Positions 37,101-48,800 of a stretch of DNA of 64,000 bases are shown here, in pieces. Source of the DNA: Lingula anatina (taxonomy: Eukaryota; Animalia; Brachiopoda). Below the pieces are notes generated by a model, which saw only the letters and a program-made list of their open reading frames with translations, made no database searches and had not been told where the DNA came from. Made by a program: the position numbers and the translations under genes. The stretch spans positions 6,382,587 through 6,446,586 of the forward strand of contig CM120648.1 in NCBI GenBank assembly GCA_051362555.1, read 5' to 3'. Position 1 is the stretch's first letter. The number at the start of each line of letters is the position of its first letter.

Positions 37101-39548
37101 GTGGGTAATTCGTGAGAATTGACAAACTAACGACCTGATGCCGATAGACAGCAACGCTGTGCTATGCTTCAAGCAACTCCTGACCAAGTATTGCTAGGTT
37201 TTTTTTAATCCTGCTGTACACACGTACTAAGAAGTTTGCCATGTATTGCCTAGCCTACCCTGAGCAAAACGCACATATTTTCAGAAATAACTAGTGATTT
37301 TAGACGGTAGATTCACTCAGAAACAAAGGCAAACTAATTCGTTGCCGATAGCACCAGCAGATAGCAGCACCATACAGAGTCTGATTAAATACTTTCATGG
37401 CAATTGAAGAAATTTTACCACTGTACAATGGAGTCCAAAAAAAAAAGCACTTGGCCCAGTGCAAGGCCAATAATTCAATCAGTGTTTTCATTTATATTAT
37501 CAGATTCTACATAAATTGACTGACAATATCACTACTCAGTATAGTTACGTATTAAATATTCTCTTAATCCAAAATTCCTATCATCATTTAATAATAATGC
37601 AAAATTCTTCTTTCAGATTGCTATTTATTTTAAATTTTAATGCTGCAACTGTTCCAAAATAATCATGCAGTAAAGGAAAAATGCAAATAAGAAGTGGAAG
37701 ACCAATTTTACCCTCATTATTCAATTATTTAAATATATAAGAATAATAAGATCACGATTTAACAAATTAAAATAATATTTCATGAACTCTTTCATGAATA
37801 ACATATTAAACAAAATTTAAGTTATAAATTAGTGGTAATGGCTTTTTCTGGAATATATAACCTCTGCACATCATCAGTGCCTGACTTGGTACAGTATAGT
37901 TACTACTTGGATACAGAGTTAGATTTAATAATGTAACAATAAGAACAATATATATATTATGTAAAGCTTTCACTGCTCATCGCTTTCAGTATCTGTGTGA
38001 GTGCAAAGAAACTAGGTCATATTTAAGATTAGATTCAAAGACGAGATGCATGAACTACCTGTAGTTAACAGAAAAAGGGTTACATACAGTGTATAAGAAC
38101 AACGACTGTTTATTACTTCTTGGGGCTTTTTGTCCCTTTTTCACGGTTATATAGCAGTGATACCAAACAGTGTATTAGGTGAACTGCAAGCTGTTTATAC
38201 TGAATAGACAATAATCAACAGAAGACTTCTGTCGTTCTGAGCAGGCTAATGACATATAGAATGACACATACAATATGATTTATAAAAATAGAACACATAA
38301 TAAATACATCCATGACTATGAATGCGTCCGAGGCCTGTCGTTCGGACCCCCCCCCCCCCACCCTCCTTCAAATAATCCTGAATACGTCCCTGAATATCAT
38401 CCCTTTATGCGTTCAAACTCGGCAACTTCCTCCATAAGGACCATCAGAGTTTCAAGTTAGGCTCAAGTAGGCCTACTGGAGAATGAAAATTAAGGGTTTT
38501 TTTTTTTTGAAAGGCCATATCAAGATAAAGGCCTACGCTGTATACGAGCACAAGTACATGTACTGGTATAAGGACCTATTTTTGATATAATTTGAACTTA
38601 CTACGTTATGTCGAACTTGCGTCCTTGATCAGTCGAAATGTCCCTCGTTTTGGTGTGGACAGATCCCGGTTTAAAAAGGTTGACCCTCTTGTGTAGAAGC
38701 GACTTACAGTACGTACCCTTCTTAAACCTTTTTTACTAGATTTCAATATAGACTCAGGAAAAGCCCCCATTTCTATTAATAGCTATAGCTAGCTAGCTAA
38801 CACGCAGTGTGTTGCGAGCAATCAATGGCGAGGATTGTGATGATTCATCATAATCACCGTGTTGATCGTGATAAAAATTAATAACTAGTTAATAAAAATG
38901 TGCATCATTTCAGATAAACTAGAATTGGCATGAAGCGCCCGAGCTCTCGACTTGTGTGTCTTCCTCTGGGACAATAAAAAAAAAAAAAAAAAAAAAACTA
39001 ATAGCTTATAGTAGACTTGACGTAGAGATACCTATAGGCATAAACGTGAAAGACATGCTAGGTCAAAAATGCGAGCTAAGAAAATTGCGTAACAATAGAA
39101 GAGCCGATCAATATTAGTTAAGAAAACCTTTGTATCTATTGAGACTGTATTTTAGTGTTTAAATTTCTATAGACTGTTTCGTCTGTTCACTCTGACATGA
39201 CATACTAGGTCACAACTGAATATCCTGTTCAGTTGAAGGTGAACAGGTAATTAACTCAGTCTTGATCTATCTTAAATGAAAACTTTCTGGCTATCAAAAC
39301 TGAGATCCAATGAAACTTTTTTCACCTTTAGGGGATATGTCATATCCCCTGTTAAAACGTAAGAATGCGACTAAGGTATGAGATCTTCTTACGGGTGTAA
39401 TTTTATCTCTATCTTGGATTTGTTATATTTACACAAACACATTATTGCCCTGTATAGGACGTACTTGTGTACAGATAAAGTTCCTGCATTGGCTTAAGAT
39501 TAATTTGGCCTAGTCTGCCCAGGCTATATAGCTTTAAAACTTGCCGCG

Positions 39549-39859
39549 ATGTCCCCACCGACGAAAACAGCCGTCGTCTTGGAGGCCATGCTTGTATTAC
39601 TGGTGGCCCTCCATGGAGGGCAGGCCAGGGGCATGGAGGGCGCCATCGACACGACTCTTAACGCCACCCTGGCGTGCCTCAACATCCCCGGCTTAACGCT
39701 GGCGGTTGTCAAAGACGGGGAGGTGGTCATTTCCAAGGGTTACGGGGTCAAAGACGTGGTCAGCAAAGAGCCAGTGACCAATACTACACTCTTCAACATC
39801 GCGTCCTTGACCAAGGCGTTCGCGGCGACGGTTTTGGCTAATGTCATAAAAAAGAAAAG
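39549..39859 (+). CDS. Beta-lactamase-like exon 1 (signal peptide, SxxK)
   Basis: IPGLTLAVVKDGEVVISKGYG...TLFNIASLTKAF; donor AG|GTAAC. Confidence 0.92.
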
Positions 39860-42800
39860 GTAACATCGTTGCACAGTAACATGCATGTGCGAAGGTGTTA
39901 TATGCCAACAAATGAGATACACCGGATGTAAACCGAAAGTCTTGACTGGACCCCCTTGCTTGGAAATTCTTTAATTTCCCCGGAAACTAGGAAACAAATA
40001 CCGAAACTACGCCTGTGAAAAGTGATATTCGTTTTCCTTTTCATAGGATCGCTTTGAAATGTCAACCAGCAGCTGACGCTATAAGGTAGAAATTGTGAAA
40101 GTGTAGTCGGTTCCGAACGTGTTAAGGTGACGGTTTTACTGAAAAAAAAAAAAAAAAATCCGTAGCAGGAAGAAATTTCCTGTCTTTTCATTTTCTACAA
40201 TAATTTTTTGATTTCGTTTCCGAAATTTCAGTTTTTTTCTTTCAGTTATGACATAGACTCCCCTCTGACGACTTTCGGCGAACTCAAAGAGCTGAAATTT
40301 GTGAATGACCTTTTGACCTCTTACGTGACCGCTAGGGATCTTCTCAGCCACCGCACGGGACTCACGACGTACAACAACATCACAGCCCGGGAGCCACTGG
40401 TCTGCCGCTAGGTGGCTATTAAACAAACCGGAAGTTCGAGAATTTGAATTGGGCAATATTTTTTGAGATTTATAGGGTGTCATAAACGGTGTATTATCTC
40501 GGCTATTAACGTACTTGGGGTTACAATATGTACATTGTCATATTGAGAAATAAATTTCGAATAATGTGAGATGACCCAAAAGTTGATTTACAGCATATTT
40601 AATGTTGAAAAATGAGTTTGAAATCGAAATTTTATTAAAGCTATTACGGAAGTTCGTTTTTGATTTTGATTTTTGTACCTATAGAGGCCTCCGCACAACT
40701 TGAAATTACTACAAGTTGTGGAAAATTTATTCAGCTTTCTGTCAATGTAAGCATGTAAAGAACTTTGCCTTAAGCTGTGAATGGCACAAATCAATTCACG
40801 GCCATGTCAGCCTGAAAACTCTCACTTACGATATCCGCATATAAGCCTCGCTTTGACTTAGTGCTTTCTCATGAGCTTCAGTCTCGTTTTAGTTTTTCCT
40901 TCACACAGTATTACTTATATAGAGCAACTGGGTATTGGGGACAATGAAATAATTTTTTTCTTGGCACTTACCACGGTGCTAATACAAATGAACTTTAACA
41001 TTTTTTTTTCATTGTAGATAAACCTTTTTATTACATGAGGCCAACTGATGAGGGTATTCCTTTCATTAAATATGAAAAATAACAAATGAAAGACAATTTA
41101 CATTTAATCACATTGCTATATATTTTATTTTAATTTTACATAAAATTCAACTAGCCTGAAATATTTTACCAGTGAGACATGTACATTGCAAAATAGTTAT
41201 TTTACATTACATTGTACATTAATTACCCAGTAGGTGATAATTCAATGCTACTTTACTTGATTGGTACACATTTATATATATTTAACCATCTAACACACAA
41301 TTTCCCTTTACACAGTGGACCAGAATTTTTACAAATAATATAATTTCATAAATTTTCCCAAAGATGTCATGTTAATTTTCTTTCAGTGATACCAGGTATC
41401 AATCCATATTTGCATTTGAATAAACTTGTTTTACTTGTATTCTGATAAGTAGATATTATCTATAAGCTACACATATATAAAAAAACCTGCACAGTAAAAA
41501 TAAAACAATGTATTGTTAACTTAGTTGCACATACACTTTTAACTAACTTCATGTGGTTAAAACCTAAATTGATTTCACAAACTGCATTTCTATGTACTGA
41601 TAACCAATAACTATTTATATTAGCAAGAGCACATATTTTTCATTCCTTAGAAGTATCCAAGAGGTTGTGGTGTTCATTGCCACACAGCATTTGGAAATGA
41701 TGGGCGCTTTTGTTATGATAATTGCACGGCAAAAGGAATTATCCTGGTCCCATTCATGCTATTCAAGCCTAGAATAAATAATAGAGTTTTTAAAAGAATA
41801 TCATTAAAAAATTCTAACTACATTTATCAATTGCTCACACACATACACACTGAAATTAATCATAATTTATTGCAATCTTTGTAATAGGTAAACTGTAACA
41901 ATCAATCTTAAACAGCACTATATTTACAATCTTTACCTTAAACTGCACTATTTATACTTAATTCATAACAGTGATTATTAAAAAAACATTTGAAACTGAA
42001 CTTTGGGCAAAGTTGCACACCCATCATAATTCAAAAACCCAATTTGAATCAAGGCATGAAAAAATTAGAAAACACATGCAAGTCAGAGCACCACATCACT
42101 ATCATATGCCCTCATCATTGAAGAGCCTCTTTCATTTAATGTACATACACACATACATATATAATTCACCTTTTTTAAACTTGCATTTTTATGACATTCT
42201 TCTCCTCAAAACCCCCAACCAATGCAATAAAACTTATTTTGTCTTTACATGTCTTTTTTCTAAAAAAATTAACACAATTGATACATTTAACCCCCCCCCC
42301 CCCCCCCCCGCCCCCAGCAAAAAAGACATAATTTACGATTCATATATTTCAAAACATGCCTATGGTTAGTTTACAATACTGTATCTTTCACAACTACTGG
42401 TACCAATGCCCCCCCCCCCCCTCCCCACCGCTTTGCAAACAAGTATATACTGGTACACCACGATATGCACATACGTATGTACGTGTATGCAGGTTGGATG
42501 ACAATGTTATTTCGCAATCCACTTCATCCTTTTCACATTAAAACACGAAGAAATTGCATGAGAAGCCAAGATTCAAACATTTCACTTATACGGTGACATT
42601 CATTCCATGCATGAGACCAGAAAGCCACTGCCATCACTCGATCAACTAAATGATAGGTACGCAGTACCCGGCACGGTGAATATACAGCTTGTTGGAAATG
42701 TTGAAATTCTACAAATTACAGACCATCGCACATCTTAAAAATTTGATATGTTCAAAAAATATTGCCAAACTATGAAAAAACAGGAACAGATAAAGAAAAA

Positions 42801-45800
42801 AACCCTTAAGCTGCATTTGGCACAGTTCAAAAGTCAATGTTTACAATGACGTTTTGTGTGCGGCCATTTTGCTAATCGCCAGTAACTTTAGAGAATACTC
42901 AGTGAAATCGTTACACGAAGACTTATTCGGTGTATAAAATGTAACTTAAGCATATACTGTATTGTCCCGTCAAATTCATTAGTATTTAAATCTACTGTTC
43001 ATTCCACAAACACATGTACAACTTACCTGTCTCTATGCCTTCGTCTCCCGCCAAATTTTTTTGGGGCTACCACTCCACGTTTTGAAAACGAGGCCAAATC
43101 TAATATTTTCCAAAATAACCGTCAAATCAGCCAGTGGCTCCCGGGCTGTCAGACTGCAAGATGAATTGTCTTTGGAGATTATCGGCAGGTATGTTGGGAA
43201 ATTTAAAAAAAATGTTCAATAGTATACGACTATACCTAAAAATAAACACTCTTGCAGAGATTGCAGCATGTGCGTTGTGATAGGCTTGATAACTTTTATT
43301 TTGATAAAAAAAAGAAATAGGTGCCACTTATTAATTAAGGATGAAGTAATCGATACACACGAATGAAATCCCTCCTCTGCTATCAATTTAATTTCTAAAT
43401 GTTTCGACAACTAACATTTCTGAACAACTTTTTTCTCCAGCAAGCTGCAATTCTTCAATACAACCTACCCATTTAGAACCCGCTATCTCTACAACAACAA
43501 CATGTACGGACTGGCCGGTTACGTGACCGAACGCTTGGCCGGTAAGAAGTGGGAGGACGCTGTCCGGAGCGAGATTCTCATCCCCTTGGGGATGTCCAGT
43601 ACCTCCTTTGTGACCACTGCGGACTTTGGCTCATTAAATGTGGCCACACCATATTTCTATGACGACGCCAGTCCAGGGGGGCTTAGGAAAGGGTCGTTTG
43701 ATCTTATAAGGTGAGGGCGTTAAATTATATATATTGTAACGCCCCCCCCCCCCCCCCTCCGTTTTGCATTCCAATACAACATTTTCACCTAATCTCTTCA
43801 GAAATTCATTTTGGAAGGGTTAGCGGTTGCGTACCTGCCCTCCACCTTTATTTGGTCCCCCCTACTACAATTATTTCCGTCAATTGCAAGAAACTTTAAT
43901 CTAAAGATGACAAAAGGACCGATACAGTGCATCGACGATGCATGGAAGCCGCCATATATGCCACTTCATGCTGATCTACGCCGTACGCGAAGCTCGTGCT
44001 TCGCGCGACTGATGACGTCGCCGCGTCAGAGTATAAATAGAGTGGCGCGCTGTGTGAAAAGGAGCGTTTTACAGATTCGACAACAGTGGGAGCGTTTTAC
44101 AGATTCGAGTAAAGTGAGAGCGTTTTTACAGATTCAAGTACAGACTGAGACCGGACTAAGAAGAGACTTATCAGTAAGCGTCAGGGCAGCCCCTAGGGGC
44201 TAGCCCGCTCCATTTTCTTCTCATATATTTTAGGGGGGGTCTTATTTTAGAGATTTAAATGTTTGGTAGATTGAACGGTAGATTATAACCGTTGCTAGAT
44301 TGACGTAGAAGTTTTACGGAAACTTTATTCCCATGTAGCCCCAGTTTTCATTACTAACTAGAACAGTTTATACTGAGTCCGATTATGGACACAGACTAGT
44401 TAAGTTTGTTATTGCTACTGCAGTTGTTTTATTGACAGCAGTAACTATTTAAGTTCGTTATTTTCACAGCCGTCCATTCCTTGACAGCAGTGAGTAGTTA
44501 AGGCTAAGCGTAGGACAGTTTTTATTTATCATTTCATTTTCGCTTATTTTCCTTTCTAACCATTCCATGTTGTCATAAAATGACCACGTCATTCCAGTCA
44601 TAGTTAAGTCATGTTGGCCTCGGAGACAACGTCAATTATACTAGGTTGTCATCTAGTGACCACGTCATTCCAGTCATAGTTAAGTTTGGTTGTACATGTC
44701 TTTTAGGGACAACGTCATGTTGTCGTCAGAGACCACGTCAGTCATTCCATCTTGTCACCTAATGACCACGTCATTCCAGTCATAGTTAAGTTTGGTTGTC
44801 TTTTAGGGACAACGTCATGTTGTCGTCAATGACAACGTCAGTCATTCCATGTTGTCATCTAATGACCACGTCATTTCGGTCATAGTTAGGTTGGGTTGTC
44901 TTTTAGGGACAACGTCATGTTGTCGTCAATGACAACGTCAGTCATTCCATGTTGTCATCTAGTGACCACGTCATTCCTGTCATAGTTAAGTTATGTTGTC
45001 TTTTAGGGACAACGTCATGTTGTCGTCAGAGACAACGTCTGTCACTCCATGTTGTCATCTAATGGCCACGTCATTTCGGTCATAGTTAAGTTAAGTTATC
45101 TTTTAGGGACAACGTTATGTTGTCGTCAGAGACAACGTCCGTCACTCCATGTTGTCATCTAATGACCACGTCATTCCAGTCATAGTTAAGTTAGGTTGTC
45201 TTTTAGGGACAACGTCATGTTGTCGTCAGAGACAACGTCAGTCATTCCATGTTGTCATCTAGTGACCACGTCATTCCAGTCATAGTTAAGTTAGGTTGTC
45301 TTTTAGGGACAACGTCATGTCGTTGTCAGAGACAACGTCAGTCATTCCATGTTGTCATCTAGTGACCACGTCATTTCAGTCATAGTTAAGGCATGTTGGT
45401 TGTTTTAGGGATAACGTCGTAGGGTCATATTTCTCACTTATAATTAAGCTTAGTTTAACTACAGCGTAACTTAACTCTAGGTCCTTGTTTTGAGTTATCT
45501 GCTAATGGAATCAGTGTTCAGTGTTACACTGGTATATGGGGGTAGGATTTCAGTGTACGAAAGATAAGTTGTTACGATAGTATATGGGGGGAGAGATTTA
45601 ACCGAATTTATCTAAAGTTTAAAGACTGTGTACGGGAGGGCGGTTTTTAATGAAATAATGTTATGCACGCCGGCGAGCTATGTCGGCTATGGATAGACAA
45701 GGTCGGCATAGTGAGTCTTTCAGAGGGAGTTAGGGACCTCTTTAAATTTCTCTAGCTAGTGTAGGCAATGCTAAGATATAAAACCATTGTAAGAAGTAAA

Positions 45801-48800
45801 TTTCATAGTTGAATAATCAGTGTTTAGCACAGTGCATAGTGGGAGAGTTACTCTCCGGTTAAGGTTACTAATCAACGTGATTTGAGTTTCTTTGAGTTAA
45901 CAGTTGGCTGGGCGGAACCTCTTCAGTGTCTTCCGGGCCATGGGCTTATGCAGCATAACGGTCTGGGACCCCTTGGTAGAGCTGTGCCAAGGATGTTGCA
46001 ATTATTGTGTATGACGACCCCGGGTGAAAAGCCGGCCGGGTCCGGGGCGCCATAGTAGAGCGGACGTCCACTTGGGTCTGATGCCGAGTTCCAGCCCAAG
46101 AGTGTTCCTCCCGTGTGAAGGGAGTCGAGTTACCCCGTGTGAAGGGGCAGATTTTGCTTTTGTTTCTTTAGTTCAGTGTGTCCATCCGGAGGAGTCGAGT
46201 GGATGCCAGCCGACTGTGACCTTAGAAACGGAGACGTGGTGAAGATTGTCCAACCCCTGCCACGGGACGTAAGGCCGTAGCGGGCCGATCCCTTACGGTG
46301 CTTCCCTGCGAACCCCCGTCCCCGCCCATGCGAGTTCGGAGAATTCACACGGAACAGACGGTGCTCAGGGAGTGGAAAATGTGGGCTTGTGATATGCGAA
46401 GATTAACCTTGCTCTTTCGGTGCCAACGATCACTGGTCCCGAGTCAAAGGGTTTCAGCGCCGCCAAGATCTCCACTGATTGGTTTGAAGGCCGCGGCGAT
46501 CCCCCGCGCCCTCGTCACTGGTGACCGGAAAGATTGTCAGTATTGAGTTGGTATCACTTGACCCGCACCCTTGCGCATTTCTGGTAGAGAGTATCGCCGC
46601 ATCCACATCAGAGCTGGTGAAGCTGGAATCGGGCTGTCGGGAGAGGGTGCACACCGAGAGCTGACTTGGATTCCCCTAGCGACTGCGGCCGTGCGATGCG
46701 GTATGAACTCCCTACCATGAGGACATCATCTTGAAAAGAGAATTACAGAACGGACAGCACCACGGAGATGAGTGACACTACGCGAGTCACGACGCTACCA
46801 TAAGAAGACTACGGACGGTAATTCATATGAGAAGATACGCGATCTACGGGAACCGCTGAGCTACCCATAAGAAGAGTACGCGAGCCACGACGCTACCATA
46901 AGATTGACTACGTACGATAATTCATATGAGAAGATACGCGATCAACGGGAACCGCTGCGCTACCCATAAGAAGGCTACGCGAGCCACGTCGCTACCATAA
47001 GATTGACCACGTACGATAATCCATATGAGAAGATACGCGATCTACGGGAACCGCTGAGCTACCCATAAGAAGAGTACGCGAGCCACGACGCTACCATAAG
47101 ATTGACCACGTATGATAATCCATATGAGAAGATACGCGATCTACGGGAACCGCTGCGCTACCCATAAGAAGACTACGCAAGCCACGACGCTACCAGAAAT
47201 GTCTTCGTTGTCTTCGTTTTACTACCCAGATGCTGTCGTCGCGCGCAACATTTGAAATTTATGAACTTTAATGACCATAAGTCACGTCAAAGGATACTTG
47301 AAAATGCATGAACTATTGTGGCCATAAGTCACGTTTATATTGCATGAATTTTTGTATTCAATGTTTGGAGATTTAATAATCATATTGGAAATGTAATGCA
47401 TGTCTTTTTATTTCCGAAGGTTGGGGATAGACTTTCCCCAAGGTACAGGCAACATCAATCCCACACCGCGTCGGTGTGTCGTCGCCGATTCGAGGCGGAC
47501 GGCCGCGTCGCGTTACATTGGTGGCAGCGGTGGGATGTACCAATTACCTTCGGAATTAAGGCATGTAAGCTTGCGTCTACAAAATTCAACTGAATCAATT
47601 CCTTTAATCTCAGAATTCCAAACAATGGTATTGAATAACAGAAGCCGTACTGCAGATCGAGGCTGTGGAGAAGACCTGGGAAAAACCCATCCAACGGGAA
47701 GGAGCACGTGGTATAGAATGACGATTCGAAACCATAGATGAAGATGGCATGAAATGAAGTGTGAGGCGGAAGTTTCCCTACTCCTCTCTTGGTGTCACTC
47801 TGTCTTGCTCAAGTTACCCAAAGCTCTCAGCTCCCCTGAGGGTGGAGGGCGAGGCGAGCTATCCAAAAGTCAGGGCAGCCAGGCCACTAGAAACTTCGTT
47901 TTCCTTAGAGCCCGGACGTACCGGAGAAGCCCCTACTGGTGGAACGGGATTAAAGATGGTATCAAGATGGGAGGCGTGAGATCGTCCGCAACAAGGAAGA
48001 AAGTCAATGAATTAACAACTAAGCCTTACTTTGATTCGGGAGAATCAAATTTAAAAGGTTGGGGGCAGTGTAACGCCCCCCCCCCCCCCCTCCGTTTTGC
48101 ATTCCAATACAACATTTTCACCTAATCTCTTCAGAAATTCATTTTGGAAGGGTTAGCGGTTGCGTACCTGCCCTCCACCTTTATTTGGTCCCCCCTACTA
48201 CAATTATTTCCGTCAATTGCAAGAAACTTTAATCTAAAGATGACAAAAGGACCGATACAGTGCATCGACGATGCATGGAAGCCGCCATATATGCCACTTC
48301 ATGCTGATCTACGCCGTACGCGAAGCTCGTGCTTCGCGCGACTGATGACGTCGCCGCGTCAGAGTATAAATAGAGTGGCGCGCTGTGTGAAAAGGAGCGT
48401 TTTACAGATTCGACAACAGTGGGAGCGTTTTACAGATTCGAGTAAAGTGAGAGCGTTTTTACAGATTCAAGTACAGACTGAGACCGGACTAAGAAGAGAC
48501 TTATCAGTAAGCGTCAGGGCAGCCCCTAGGGGCTAGCCCGCTCCATTTTCTTCTCATATATTTTAGGGGGGGTCTTATTTTAGAGATTTAAATGTTTGGT
48601 AGATTGAACGGTAGATTATAACCGTTGCTAGATTGACGTAGAAGTTTTACGGAAACTTTATTCCCATGTAGCCCCAGTTTTCATTACTAACTAGAACAGT
48701 TTATACTGAGTCCGATTATGGACACAGACTAGTTAAGTTTGTTATTGCTACTGCAGTTGTTTTATTGACAGCAGTAACTATTTAAGTTCGTTATTTTCAC

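Larger units (their letters stand above)
33730..39120 (+). repeat. Three diverged copies of a 300-500-bp block upstream of the beta-lactamase-like gene
   Basis: 33730-34260, 36460-36750 and 38660-39120 share AAAAGCCCC(C)ATTT..TTTATAGC, GATGATTCATCATAATCACCGTGTTGAT and (in two copies) GCGCCCGAGCTCTC..CTTGTGTGTCTTCCTCTGGGA. Confidence 0.85.
43735..47517 (+). repeat. 5' LTR (3783 bp)
   Basis: Same sequence as the 3' LTR at a constant offset of 4333 after the poly-C tract (16 C vs 15 C). Confidence 0.95.

Noticed and set aside
40383-43148. Introner-type element spliced out cleanly
   Set aside because: Donors at 40400 and 40412 are phase 0, and the latter follows a stop. The available acceptors need phase 1 or 2. 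Only a weak AC|GTACAA donor at 40369 fits.
44009-44030. Hammerhead ribozyme in the LTR (retrozyme hypothesis)
   Set aside because: CTGATGA here, and CTGACGA on the minus strand of the array, are not followed by stem II plus GAAA.
44565-45420. CRISPR-like array of palindromic repeats
   Set aside because: The intervening sequences repeat with a 100-bp period, so there are no unique spacers. The context is eukaryotic and no cas genes are present.
43811-48536. Short ORFs inside the LTR and core (43811, 46024, 46298, 47400, 47754 etc.)
   Set aside because: No gag, protease, RT, integrase or env motifs. They overlap in several frames, and most start at non-ATG codons.
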